A stretch of 64,000 nt of DNA from Hyphomicrobiales bacterium (GCA_965222955.1 OZ244974.1:2178977-2242976); one strand, 5' to 3'; positions 37,500 to 46,885 are shown, counted from the first letter of the stretch. A program made the numbers and translations. The notes: generated by a model from the letters alone, not told the origin.

Positions 37500-38132
37500 T
37501 TACGAATCGGCATGATCATAAATCCAGGGGCGGTGTTGGCGGTCCGCCCTGGTAAAGTCCTCTATCCTTGCCCGGTGGCGAAGGGTAATGTCAATCGCCG
37601 AATAGCCTTTCATGAGCATGTCGCGCTCCGATTCCGACAGGCTAAATGAAATCGTGTTGCCAGCAAAGCGCACGTGGCGATCTTCCAGATTTACAACAAC
37701 GAGATTGTCCTCCGGTTGGCGCGCACACCAGTCGGCGATTTCTCTTAAGGCCCGTTGTGCAAGAGTGGCCGGAACGATCCCGTTGGCGACGCAGTTATTG
37801 CGAAAAATGGTCGCAAACCCTTGCGCCAGAATGGCGCGAAAGCCGTAGTCCCTCAGCGCCCAGACCGCATGCTCGCGCGACGAGCCGCAGCCGGTATTTT
37901 GCCCTGCAAGCAGGATTGTCGCCCGCTTGTAAGGAGGCTGGTTCAATATAAAATCGGGATTTTCCCGGCGCGGACCGTCTCGATAGCGGCGGTTTGCAAA
38001 CAGGGCGGCCGCCAGGCCTCTCTTTGAGATACGCTTCATTTCGTGAGACGGGATAATCGTATCCGTATTGATGTTGTGCTCCAGCATCGGTGCGGCGATG
38101 CCTTTGTGGGATCTGATGCCCTTTGCGCTCAT
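37500..38132 (-). CDS. leuD: 3-isopropylmalate dehydratase small subunit-like protein (LeuD family; possibly a catabolic paralogue)
   Basis: 210 aa from ATG 38132. NTDTIIP, NPDFILN, GCGSSREHAVWALRDYGF. ATGA overlap with the large-subunit stop. The upstream part of the track ORF is not conserved. Confidence 0.8.
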   Translation of the reverse strand: MSAKGIRSHKGIAAPMLEHNINTDTIIPSHEMKRISKRGLAAALFANRRYRDGPRRENPDFILNQPPYKRATILLAGQNTGCGSSREHAVWALRDYGFRAILAQGFATIFRNNCVANGIVPATLAQRALREIADWCARQPEDNLVVVNLEDRHVRFAGNTISFSLSESERDMLMKGYSAIDITLRHRARIEDFTRADRQHRPWIYDHADS

Positions 38133-39517
38133 AGGGTCACCTTGCGCACATCGCTGATTGCGCCGTTTACTGCGCTCCAGGCGACCGTTGCGGGGCTGGC
38201 GATATGGGTGCGAACCCCGGGGCCCTGACGATGTTCGAAATTGCGGTTCGTCGAGGAGAGCACCCGCGACTGCGGCGCAAACGTTTCGCCGCCGGCATGA
38301 AAACACATGGCGCAACCGGCTTCGTGCCACTCGAACCCGGCATCTGTAAACACCCGATCAAGGCCCTCGGTACGCGCTTGTGCGCCGACGGCCGTTGAGC
38401 CGGGCACGCAAATGGCACGGACACGATCGGGGACTTTCCGGCCGCGGACAATCTGTGCCGCAAGGCGCAAGTCGCTGATCCTGCTGTTTGTGCACGAGCC
38501 GATAAACGCACCGTTAATCGGCTGCCCTTGCAGAACCGTACGCGGACGAAGGCCCATATATTCATACGCACGTGCGGTATCGGCGCTGTGAACCGGCAAA
38601 GCCTCGTCAATGGCGACCGCCTGTTCCGGGCTCGTCCCCCAGCTTACGATCGGCGCGAGACCGGATACGTCGAGAGCCCGTTCGCCATCGAACCTGGCGT
38701 CCGCATCGCTGTAAAGCGACTGCCATGCTTTTCGCGCCGCGGGCCAGTCGCGCGCCGAAGGGGCAAACGCCCTGCCACAGATATAGTCGAACACCTTTTC
38801 ATCAGGGGCAACAAGCGTTGTGAATGCGGCAAATTCGACACCCATGTTGCAAAGCGTCAGACGCTCTTCCACCTCCATTTCATCGACAACAGGACCGCTG
38901 AATTCCACAACCTGATCGCGGCCAAATCCGGCCCCCCATAAACGGATCAGATGGATGACAATATCCTTGGCGGTAATCCAGGCGGATTTTGCGCCGCTAA
39001 GGCGCACCCGGGTTTGGCGATGCCGGGGCAGGCGCAACGTGCGAGTCACCATGGCGTGTTCGCAATCGCTTGAGCCGATCCCCCAGGCCAGCGCGCCCAG
39101 CCCGCCAAGGGTGCAGGTATGGCTGTCCGGACAGACCATGGTGATGCCGGGCAAGGCGATGCCCTGCTCCGGCGCGATAACATGCACAATACCCTGCCGC
39201 GGATCATCGACATCGAACAGCCTGACACCCATTTTCCGGGAAAGCCGCCGCATTTCGGTGACGAATATTTCGCCGCCCGGCATACGCACCAGATTCGGGC
39301 GCCGCGCTTGCGTATCGATGATATGATCAATCGTGGCAAAAACCATCTCCGGCGCCATGGGGGTGCGATTATCGTCGTGCATGCTGGACAGGGCGATTGA
39401 ACCGGTTCGCTCGTGCAGCATGATCCGGTCGATGTAGATCAGCGATGTGCCGTCCTCAAAGCGGTGCACCTCGTGGGGGGCGCGGATCTTGTCGTAAAGT
39501 GTGCGCGGCGAACTCAT
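38129..39517 (-). CDS. leuC: 3-isopropylmalate dehydratase large subunit-like protein (aconitase family; possibly a catabolic paralogue)
   Basis: 462 aa, collinear with LeuC: TLYDKI, YIDRIMLHE, QGIVHVIAPEQG, DSHTCTLG, GSCTNSRISDL, GCAMC, STNRNFEHRQG. Deviates from E. coli LeuC as I remember it (HERTGS versus HEVTSP; CPDSHT versus CGDSHT). Confidence 0.85.
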   Translation of the reverse strand: MSSPRTLYDKIRAPHEVHRFEDGTSLIYIDRIMLHERTGSIALSSMHDDNRTPMAPEMVFATIDHIIDTQARRPNLVRMPGGEIFVTEMRRLSRKMGVRLFDVDDPRQGIVHVIAPEQGIALPGITMVCPDSHTCTLGGLGALAWGIGSSDCEHAMVTRTLRLPRHRQTRVRLSGAKSAWITAKDIVIHLIRLWGAGFGRDQVVEFSGPVVDEMEVEERLTLCNMGVEFAAFTTLVAPDEKVFDYICGRAFAPSARDWPAARKAWQSLYSDADARFDGERALDVSGLAPIVSWGTSPEQAVAIDEALPVHSADTARAYEYMGLRPRTVLQGQPINGAFIGSCTNSRISDLRLAAQIVRGRKVPDRVRAICVPGSTAVGAQARTEGLDRVFTDAGFEWHEAGCAMCFHAGGETFAPQSRVLSSTNRNFEHRQGPGVRTHIASPATVAWSAVNGAISDVRKVTL

Positions 39518-40710
39518 CCCACCAGACGCCTGTCAAAAAGATCGCGAATCGCGTCTTGCGAATAGCCCAGTTGCGCCAGAATGGACCGGGTATCGGCGCC
39601 GGGTTCGGGCGGATTGCGGCGCAAACCTGCGCGTGCACCATCCACCTCCAGGGGAAGGGCCGGAAGCCTGACCACCTTCGCGGTGTCCGGCAATGTCACA
39701 TCATGGAGCCCACCGTTCGCCAGATGCGGATCATCCAGCAGGTCGTCAGGGGTTTGTATCGGCGCAAAGGGCAGGCCGGCCTCTTCCAGCAGGCGCGCAA
39801 GCGCCTGCGATGAGAACGTCTTAAAGAGCGCGCGAAGGCGCGGGACTATCGCGTCACGGCGGGCGACCCGGGCGGCGTTCGTCGCATAGGCAGGATCGTC
39901 GCGCCAATCGTCCAGTTCAAAGCGCTCGCAGAACGCTTTCCACTGGCCATCGCTGACCACGGCGACAAAAACCCTTCGATCGGTGGTATCAAAGACATCA
40001 TAGACCGCCCATGCGGAAACGCGTTCGGGCATGGGCGCTGCGGGCGTACCGGTTACCGCGTGCTGGGCGATGTGCTGGCCGACCAGAAATGCCGTCGTCT
40101 CGAACAGCGATGAGGTGATATGATGTCCGGCTGCCTCGCCTGCGCCGTTCGCTTTTTTGAACAGCGCAGCCAGAACGCCGATGGCGCCGGCCATCGCGCC
40201 GGTGATGTCGATCACCGAGGCGCCGGCGCGCAAGGGTCTGCCGCTGGGGCCTGTCATATAGGCGAGCCCGCCCATCATCTGCGCCACTTCATCGAGCGCG
40301 GTGCGTTCCTGGTAAGGCCCGGAAAGGAAACCCTTGCAGGATTGATAGATCAGATCAGGGTTAATCTTGTGAAGATCATCGACCCCAAGTCCGAGTTTAT
40401 CGAGTGCCCCGGCGCGAAAATTCTCGCACACGACGTCCGCCGACTTGACCAGGGCATAGGCGATTTCCCGACCCGCATCGCTTTTCAGATCGACGCAAAT
40501 GCTTTTTTTGTTGCGATTGAACATGGGGAAATATCCCGCGCCCGAGCCGCTTAAACGTCGGGTCTTGTCGCCGCCCAACGGCTCGATCTTGATGACTTCA
40601 GCGCCAAGATCGGCCAGCATCATGCCCAGGGCCGGTCCCATGACCATGTGAGAAAACTCGATCACCCGTATGCCGTTCAGAAAATCCATCGTCAATAGTC
40701 CACTCGCCAT
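39514..40710 (-). CDS. CaiB/BaiF family (class III) CoA-transferase
   Basis: 398 aa. GIRVIEFSHMVMGPALGMMLADLGAEVIKIEP N-terminus, ENFRAGALDKLG, interlocked-dimer-type length. ATGA overlap with the leuC-like start. Confidence 0.85.
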   Translation of the reverse strand: MASGLLTMDFLNGIRVIEFSHMVMGPALGMMLADLGAEVIKIEPLGGDKTRRLSGSGAGYFPMFNRNKKSICVDLKSDAGREIAYALVKSADVVCENFRAGALDKLGLGVDDLHKINPDLIYQSCKGFLSGPYQERTALDEVAQMMGGLAYMTGPSGRPLRAGASVIDITGAMAGAIGVLAALFKKANGAGEAAGHHITSSLFETTAFLVGQHIAQHAVTGTPAAPMPERVSAWAVYDVFDTTDRRVFVAVVSDGQWKAFCERFELDDWRDDPAYATNAARVARRDAIVPRLRALFKTFSSQALARLLEEAGLPFAPIQTPDDLLDDPHLANGGLHDVTLPDTAKVVRLPALPLEVDGARAGLRRNPPEPGADTRSILAQLGYSQDAIRDLFDRRLVG

Positions 40711-40814
40711 GGCTCGCTTTATGGTACGTTAACTTTATGATACGCCAATCTTATGATTTGCCAGTTTTATGATATATAAGCATATCAATATGTCAAATAT
40801 GAAGTGAATAATCC

Positions 40815-41777
40815 ATGATAACTGTCAGCGAAGTCGGCCCCAGAGACGGGCTGCAAAATCTTGATGTCGTTCTGGATCTGGAAGTCAAAAAGAACTGGAT
40901 CGCGGCGGAGGCGGCAGCCGGTGTACGGGAAATCGAAGTTGGCTCGTTCGTCGATTACCGGGCGTTGCCGCAAATGGCGGACACGTTTGAACTCGTCAGA
41001 TTTGCACGAACCCTCCCCAACCTGTGCGTGGCGGTCATGGTTCCGAACCTGCGCGGCGCGCAGGCAGCAATCGAGGCGGGGGCGCATAAACTGTCGATCC
41101 CCGTATCGGCCAGTGAGACCCATTCGCTGCGCAACGTGAACCGTACCCATAGCCAGATGCTTGATGAAGTGCGCGCCATCCGCTCCCTTATATCGCAGAT
41201 GGATGTTGGGGAGCGGCCTTATTTCGAGGCCGGGATTGCCACTGCGTTCGGATGCACCATTGAGGGACATGTGCCGCAACATACGATCGTCCGCCTTGCC
41301 GGGGAACTCCTGGCCGCCGGCGCCGAGGAGGTGGGTCTGTCGGATACGACCGGTTACGCGGATCCGAAAATGATCCGCGATCGTATCAACGCCGTCTACC
41401 GCACTGTTGGCGAGCGCTTTTTGAACGGGGTCCATCTGCACAATACCCGCGGCCTTGGTCTTGCCAATGTTGTGGCGGCCCTTGATTGCGGCATTACCAC
41501 GATTGATGCTTCACTGGCGGGGCTTGGCGGCTGTCCCCAGGCACCTGGCGCGAGCGGCAATATCGTCACCGAAGATCTGGTTTTCATGCTGAATGCGATG
41601 GGCTACGATACCGGTATCGACGTGGACCGCCTGCTTGATGTTCGCGAAATGCTGCACAGCGCGTTGAGCGATGCGCCGGTTTTCGGCTTTGTTGCCAAGG
41701 CGGGATTACCGATAGATTATGCGCTACGTTGCCTGGGCGGCGGATGGCGCAGACCGCGAGTCTCCTATGGCCGATGA
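40815..41777 (+). CDS. hydroxymethylglutaryl-CoA lyase family (DRE-TIM metallolyase) protein
   Basis: VSEVGPRDGLQN, VREIEVGSFV, HLHNTRGLGLANVVAAL, ASLAGLGGCPQAPGASGN. Confidence 0.85.
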   Translation: MITVSEVGPRDGLQNLDVVLDLEVKKNWIAAEAAAGVREIEVGSFVDYRALPQMADTFELVRFARTLPNLCVAVMVPNLRGAQAAIEAGAHKLSIPVSASETHSLRNVNRTHSQMLDEVRAIRSLISQMDVGERPYFEAGIATAFGCTIEGHVPQHTIVRLAGELLAAGAEEVGLSDTTGYADPKMIRDRINAVYRTVGERFLNGVHLHNTRGLGLANVVAALDCGITTIDASLAGLGGCPQAPGASGNIVTEDLVFMLNAMGYDTGIDVDRLLDVREMLHSALSDAPVFGFVAKAGLPIDYALRCLGGGWRRPRVSYGR

Positions 41778-42591
41778 TCCATGGACAGAATCTTCCTGTA
41801 TTGATCCCGACAGCCCGACGCCCCTGTATCATCAGTTGTATTTGCTGTATCGGCACAGGATTCTCTCGGGGGTTCTTGACTATGGCGCGCTTCTTCCCGG
41901 CGAGGAGAGGCTGGCGGCGCAGTTCGGCGTCTCGCGCATTACCGCACAACGCAGCCTGAACGAATTGGCCGAAGACGGCCTGGTCGAGCGAAATCGCGGC
42001 CGCGGAACGCGCGTCTCCTACAGGCGCGCCAGTAGAATACGGGACAACGGTTTTTCCGGCCTGGTCGAAAATCTGGTGGCGATCATCGGATCCACGACCG
42101 TCGATGTGCTGTCGTTTGACTATATGCCGGCCAGCCCCGCGGTTGCGGCGCTTTTACAACTTACGCCCGGGGCCATGGTTCAGCGCGCCGAGCGCAGAAG
42201 GTGCAGGGACGATGTCCCCTTTAGTTTCATGATCACCCATTTGCCCGAAGACATCGGCAGGAGCTTTGATCAGGGCGATCTGTCGCAAAAGCCCATCCTG
42301 CAGTTGATCGAGGAATCGGGGTGCGAAATATGCGCGGCAACGCAAACCATCTCGGCGACCGCCGCCTCGCCGGCCGTGGCCAAAGTGCTGAATATCGCCA
42401 TTGGCGCAGCGTTGTTGAAGATCGACAGAACCGTATTCGATGATACCGAACGCCCGGTACAGCATATTGAGGTGTTGTATCGGCCGGAAATGTACCAGTT
42501 TGAGATGAGTCTGCGGCGGGTGGCCGAAGATGGACGAAAAACGTGGTTCTCAGTGGAGCCGGACAAGCAGAACCTATCTGAAACCGATTGA
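41767..42591 (+). CDS. GntR family transcriptional regulator (HutC/UTRA-type)
   Basis: Start at ATG 41767 (MADDPW..). wHTH segment PLYHQLY..LPGEERLAAQFGVSRITAQRSLNELAEDGLVERNRGRGTRV, then a C-terminal UTRA-like effector domain. Confidence 0.85.
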   Translation: MADDPWTESSCIDPDSPTPLYHQLYLLYRHRILSGVLDYGALLPGEERLAAQFGVSRITAQRSLNELAEDGLVERNRGRGTRVSYRRASRIRDNGFSGLVENLVAIIGSTTVDVLSFDYMPASPAVAALLQLTPGAMVQRAERRRCRDDVPFSFMITHLPEDIGRSFDQGDLSQKPILQLIEESGCEICAATQTISATAASPAVAKVLNIAIGAALLKIDRTVFDDTERPVQHIEVLYRPEMYQFEMSLRRVAEDGRKTWFSVEPDKQNLSETD

Positions 42592-43467
42592 CTCCAGATA
42601 GGCACGGTTTTTGCGGGCATCGCCTATGGGGTCCGGGTTCAGGGCCGGATCGCAGTCCTGCTCAACGGTACACCAGCCCTTATACCCCGTCTTGAGCAGG
42701 ATCTGGCGCACCGCCGGGAAATCCACCTCGCCCTCTCCCAGTCTACAGAATATTCCCTCGCCGCACGCCTGGTAAAAACCGGTGCGGTTGGCAATCACAT
42801 GCCGTTTGACTGCGGCGCAGATATCCTTGAAATGCACATAGGCGATACGTCCCATATGCCGTTGCATGAATGCCACGGGATCGTACCCGGCATAGGCGTG
42901 GTGGCCCGTATCGAAACAGATCTTCAGCAAGTCCTCATCCACTTCATCCAGCAGGCGCTCCAGTTCAGGTTCGAAATCCATAAAACCCGCCGCATGGGCG
43001 TGAATACACGCCCTCAGGCCGTATTCCGTGGTGGCGATTCTGGCGCTTTGCGCAATTCTGTCGCGGTACGCCGCCCATTCCGCCGGGTCCATTTGCACAG
43101 CCTCGTGGGGCCGTCCCGCGGTGGGGGCGCGGCGCGCGGAGATCGAATCGATCAGCACAAGATATTGCGCCCCATGGGCGCGAAGCGCCGCCGCGGTCCG
43201 GTGCGTGGCATCAAGCACGTCCTCGTGGGCGCGCGGGTCGTGAAAGGCGCGAAAGACCACGCCCGCGATCAATGTCAGATCGTACTCGGCCAATGCCTCC
43301 GCCAGGCGGACGGGGTCTTCGGGCATAAAGCCGACGGGTCCCAGTTCGATCCCTGAATAGCCGGCAGCGGCGCATTCCCGCAGCACCGATTGCCACTGGG
43401 GATTGCGCGGATCGTCGGCGAATTCAACGCCCCATGAACAGGGCGCATTACCAATTCTGATCGTCAT
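42574..43467 (-). CDS. sugar phosphate isomerase/epimerase family TIM-barrel protein (IolE-like)
   Basis: 297 aa. N-terminal IGNAPCSWGVEFADD resembles the IolE-type G.AP..W..DD start. Xylose-isomerase-like TIM pattern. It lies in an operon with the aldolase, iolB and iolC. Confidence 0.65.
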   Translation of the reverse strand: MTIRIGNAPCSWGVEFADDPRNPQWQSVLRECAAAGYSGIELGPVGFMPEDPVRLAEALAEYDLTLIAGVVFRAFHDPRAHEDVLDATHRTAAALRAHGAQYLVLIDSISARRAPTAGRPHEAVQMDPAEWAAYRDRIAQSARIATTEYGLRACIHAHAAGFMDFEPELERLLDEVDEDLLKICFDTGHHAYAGYDPVAFMQRHMGRIAYVHFKDICAAVKRHVIANRTGFYQACGEGIFCRLGEGEVDFPAVRQILLKTGYKGWCTVEQDCDPALNPDPIGDARKNRAYLESIGFR

Positions 43468-44338
43468 GGGATGTTGTTTCCTGTTCTGCGTGGCCGGGCG
43501 CCGTATCCTCCTTCGCCTTTAGGGCGCGAAGTACCCGACGGGTGGCATCAACCAGCGGGCCATGGGTAGATTTAAGGATTTCAAGCCGGTCAAAGCGTTT
43601 CGGATCGTCGTTTAGCGTCGCGCGCAACGCCTTTCCAAAGACCATGCGCAGCTCGGTTCCGATGTTGAATTTGCAGATGTTCGAAGCGCGCGCCAGCAGG
43701 GTGCGCTGCGCCACGGGCACGCCGGAGCCGCCGTGAATGACCAGCGGCACACTGGTCAACGCCTCGATTGCGCGGATGCGGGGCACGTCCAGCCCTGTGC
43801 GCTTGCGCTGTTGCAAATGGATGTTGCCAACGGATATTGCCATGGCGTCCACGCCCGTATCACGCGCGAATTTCGCCGCCTCTTGCGGGTCGGTACCCGT
43901 TGAGTCATCGCCGTCTGAATAGCCGACGAAACCGATCTCGCCTTCGCAGGAAACCCCCGCCTTGTGGGCCATCTGTACGATCGCGCCGGTATGATCGATG
44001 TTTTGCTGCAAGGGCGCGCGCGCGCCATCGAACATCACCGATGTGAAGCCGCAATCGATGGCGATGCGGCATTCCTCGGCGGTGTATCCATGATCCAGAT
44101 GGGCGACGACGGCGACGCTTGCGTTTTCTGCCAGATGGCGAAACATGGCGGCCAGAACCGGCAGGGGCGTGTGTTCCCGGCAAGCGGGGCCGGCCTGCAG
44201 GATGAGCGGTGCCTGTTCCATTTCGGCCGCCGTCACAAAGGCGCGCATATCCTCCCAGCCCTGGGCGACGAGCCCGGCGACCGCGTAGCCCTGAAGGCGT
44301 GCCGGCTGCAAAACCTGCGAGAGCGTTGCCAGGCTCAT
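43448..44338 (-). CDS. class II (metal-dependent) fructose/tagatose-bisphosphate aldolase family protein (IolJ-like)
   Basis: VAHLDHG, CEGEIG, NIHLQ, VIHGGSG. It is adjacent to iolB and iolC. Confidence 0.8.
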   Translation of the reverse strand: MSLATLSQVLQPARLQGYAVAGLVAQGWEDMRAFVTAAEMEQAPLILQAGPACREHTPLPVLAAMFRHLAENASVAVVAHLDHGYTAEECRIAIDCGFTSVMFDGARAPLQQNIDHTGAIVQMAHKAGVSCEGEIGFVGYSDGDDSTGTDPQEAAKFARDTGVDAMAISVGNIHLQQRKRTGLDVPRIRAIEALTSVPLVIHGGSGVPVAQRTLLARASNICKFNIGTELRMVFGKALRATLNDDPKRFDRLEILKSTHGPLVDATRRVLRALKAKEDTAPGHAEQETTSHDDQNW

Positions 44339-45177
44339 TTGAACTTCGCCACCATATCCATAATGCCTGGAATGGTCTTTAGCTGGCTGGCGTGGGTTGG
44401 CTGGAAATACTGTATCAGGCCGCGCTGGCTTTGGCCGCCGAGGATGGTGAAATAATACATCTCATAGCCTGGCAGAACGGCGCAGGGATGATACCCCTTG
44501 TCGATGAGAACCGTCGAGCCGTCCATGACATGATAGGCCTCGCCCGGCTCGTTATCGTTACGCTGCAACATTTGCAGCCCCGAGCCGTAAGGGGGCCGGA
44601 AGCGAAAGTTATAGGTTTCATCGTGGCGGGTTTCATCGGGCGGGCGATCGGTATCGTGCTTGTGCGAGGGAAATCCCGACCAGCCGCCGCTGCCGACCGT
44701 ATACAATTCACTGACCAGCAGCCGGCCGACCTTTTCGTGCTGGTTCGCGCCCAGGATATGCTTGATTTTACGGTGAGTTTTCGTGTCATCGGATCCGTAT
44801 TGAACAACATCGATGGCATCGCCCCGCACATCGAACGGCTCCAGCACCCGATCGTATCTGGCGCCGGCGATAAACGTCTCGGTGGTATCGCTGGCGCATG
44901 TAATGCGTACCCTGGCACCAACGGGAACGTAGACGCCCTCGGGCTCGCCGTCCCAGACATCGAGGCCACGTGTACCCAATGCCGGGTATCGGGCGCCCTC
45001 CACATCCACATCGACGGTGCCGGTGGCGGGCACGACGCAACTCTCGTATCGCCCCACCTGGTACGTAAACACCTCGCCCCTCCTTAGCTTGACGATGTTA
45101 AAGTAGTTCAACGGAACCCGCTCGTGATCGACATCGACGATGGGCTTGTTCAGATTGTCGTGCGGGGCAATATGCAT
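44335..45177 (-). CDS. iolB: 5-deoxy-glucuronate isomerase
   Basis: 280 aa from ATG 45177. GGWSGFPSHKHDTD..ETRHDETYNFRF.P..G.G.Q cupin core typical of IolB. ATGA-type overlap with the aldolase start. Confidence 0.8.
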   Translation of the reverse strand: MHIAPHDNLNKPIVDVDHERVPLNYFNIVKLRRGEVFTYQVGRYESCVVPATGTVDVDVEGARYPALGTRGLDVWDGEPEGVYVPVGARVRITCASDTTETFIAGARYDRVLEPFDVRGDAIDVVQYGSDDTKTHRKIKHILGANQHEKVGRLLVSELYTVGSGGWSGFPSHKHDTDRPPDETRHDETYNFRFRPPYGSGLQMLQRNDNEPGEAYHVMDGSTVLIDKGYHPCAVLPGYEMYYFTILGGQSQRGLIQYFQPTHASQLKTIPGIMDMVAKFK

Positions 45178-45187
45178 AAGGAGCTCT

Positions 45188-46168
45188 CTATACTTCTGTC
45201 GGGCCCGGATGGGAGCGCAAAAAGGCATCCAGGCCGGCGGTATCGGGCATGGCGGGGGCGCAGCCCGGTTGCGATACGACAATCGATGCACATGCCGAGC
45301 CGCGCAGAACCGCTTCCCTGAGATCGCGCCCCTGCGCCAGGGACGTCAGGAAACCGGCCATGAAGCTGTCCCCCGCGCCGGTCGGCTTGAGCGCCTTGAC
45401 CGGGAAAATTCCGGTGCGCAGTTCCTTGCGGTCAGCCAGGGTGATGGCGCCCTCGGGTCCCATTTTATAGACAACAATCGCCACACCCTTGCGAGCCAGT
45501 TCGCGCGCCTTGTCCAGTCCCCTGGCGATGTCGCCGGCCATAAAGCCGAATTCCTCGTCGTTGCCAACGATCACATCGGACATGGCGCCGGCGCGTGAGA
45601 GCACCGCTTCGGCCACCTGCGGCGATGGCCAACTGTACGGACGATAGTCGACGTCGAATATGACGGGAACGCCGGCGGCCCGCGCCCTCTCAAAGGCGCG
45701 AAACGAGGCGGAGCGCGATGGCTCGGCTGCGAAAACCGTACCCGCGGCGATCACGGCGCCGTAGCGGCCGAAGTCCACCGCCTCGATATCCCCGGCGGTA
45801 ATCTGAAAATCCGCAGCATTGTTGCGATAGATAACGCTTTGGTGGTCCTGTATACGGGTCTCGTACACGGCGAGCGACGTCCGCTCCTCGCCAGCGATGC
45901 GCCGTACATGGGTCCGGTCGACGCCGTAATGATCCAGTTGCGCCTCGCAGTACCAGCCGATGGCATCATCTGAAACCGCCGTTAGCAGAGCCGCTGTGCA
46001 GTCCAGTTTCGACAGCCCGACGGCGATATTGGCGCCGCTTCCTCCCATCGATACCCTCATGGATGCGGCCTCGCAGGTGCGCGTTCCCGGCGGCTCCGGT
46101 GAGAGGTCCATGCCGACCCGGCCGATGATAAGAAAACGGCGCCGTGCGATCCCCTTCAGAACCATCAC
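45188..46168 (-). CDS. iolC: PfkB-family sugar kinase, 5-dehydro-2-deoxygluconokinase-like
   Basis: 326 aa. GGSGANIAVGL, C-terminal DPTGAGDSFMAGF. iol context. It lacks the C-terminal extension found in fused IolC forms. Confidence 0.75.
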   Translation of the reverse strand: MMVLKGIARRRFLIIGRVGMDLSPEPPGTRTCEAASMRVSMGGSGANIAVGLSKLDCTAALLTAVSDDAIGWYCEAQLDHYGVDRTHVRRIAGEERTSLAVYETRIQDHQSVIYRNNAADFQITAGDIEAVDFGRYGAVIAAGTVFAAEPSRSASFRAFERARAAGVPVIFDVDYRPYSWPSPQVAEAVLSRAGAMSDVIVGNDEEFGFMAGDIARGLDKARELARKGVAIVVYKMGPEGAITLADRKELRTGIFPVKALKPTGAGDSFMAGFLTSLAQGRDLREAVLRGSACASIVVSQPGCAPAMPDTAGLDAFLRSHPGPTEV

Positions 46169-46429
46169 ACACTGCCAATCGTCGCAGCCGTGGCGCCGAT
46201 ATCGCAGGGATCAGCGGTGGTGAGCCGGAGCGGCCGTTTTCTTCGCGGAACGCCGGATGCCGACGGGTTTATTGCGTGGCTGCGTTTGCGGAAAAGCGCG
46301 GGAAAGCGTCTGAACAACGCCTGCGCCGCAATCACTGACGTCCGGCCGGTTTTCATCATGTGCTTCGTGTACCTTGTATACTTTGTGTGCATCGCTCTCC
46401 CCGGGCATATGCGCAGATCAGGTATGTAA

Positions 46430-46528
46430 TACCAGCGGTATTGGTTTTCTACACGCTGACGTGTGCATCGTACTGACAAGACAACAGTTTTAAACCAAAC
46501 CAGGAGTCAAGCGCAAAGCCCCTTGTTA
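46430..46528 (+). mobile_element. family B MITE-like element, copy B3 (right end degenerate)
   Basis: TACCAGCGGTATTGGTTTTCTACACGCTGACGTGTGCATCGTACTGACAAGACAACAGTTTTAAACCAAACCAGGAGTCAAGCGCAAAGCCCCTTGTTA. The left flank is TAA. Confidence 0.75.
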
Positions 46529-46562
46529 TCAGATATATAATACCCGCGGCGCTAGAGCGTGT

Positions 46563-46823
46563 CATGTCAGCAGGCTGTTCTCAAGAAAACCATCGGGTGC
46601 AGGGGGCCATTCATCCGATCATTAGAGATGTTCTATTTATCCTGCGCTGTCAAGGGCGCTTCGCACCGCCCGTGGCGGTTCTTAAACCTTTGACAGTGCA
46701 GGATAAATAGAAAAAAAGCGATGATCAGATCAATGGCCCGGTATGGCCTTGCTGGCGGCAAGGGCGTATAAGGTATCCCTTCCGGTTTGCCTGTCCTGGG
46801 AACAACCTGCCGAAGGGTCGCCT
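46563..46823 (+). repeat. family E repeat, full-length copy E11 carrying a nested 82-bp hairpin
   Basis: CATGTCAGCAGGCTGTTCTCAAGAAAACCATCGGGTGCAGGGGGCCATTCATCCGATCATT ... GGCCCGGTATGGCCTTGCTGGCGGCAAGGGCG..CCGGTTTGCCTGTCCTGGGAACAACCTGCCGAAGG. It is preceded by a family A one-arm fragment (CTAGAGCGTGTCA, 46552..46564). Confidence 0.75.
46631..46712. repeat. singleton 82-bp hairpin nested in E11
   Basis: Arms TTCTATTTATCCTGCGCTGTCAA (46631..46653) and TTGACAGTGCAGGATAAATAGAA (46690..46712), with one mismatch. I saw no other copy in the window. Confidence 0.7.
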
Positions 46824-46885
46824 CTAGAGCGTGTCAGGTCTCAATAGAAGCAATTCTGTTTCTATTAAGACCTGACACGCTCCAG
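46824..46885. repeat. family A hairpin repeat, copy A6 (loop inverted relative to A2/A4)
   Basis: CTAGAGCGTGTCAGGTCTCAATAGAAGCAATTCTGTTTCTATTAAGACCTGACACGCTCCAG. It is followed by CGCCAATACCGCTGTAA, a solo family B terminus-like fragment (46886..46902). Confidence 0.9.

Noticed and set aside
40785-41441. 218-aa minus-strand ORF
   Set aside because: It is antisense to the HMG-CoA-lyase-like gene, which has the DRE-TIM motifs.
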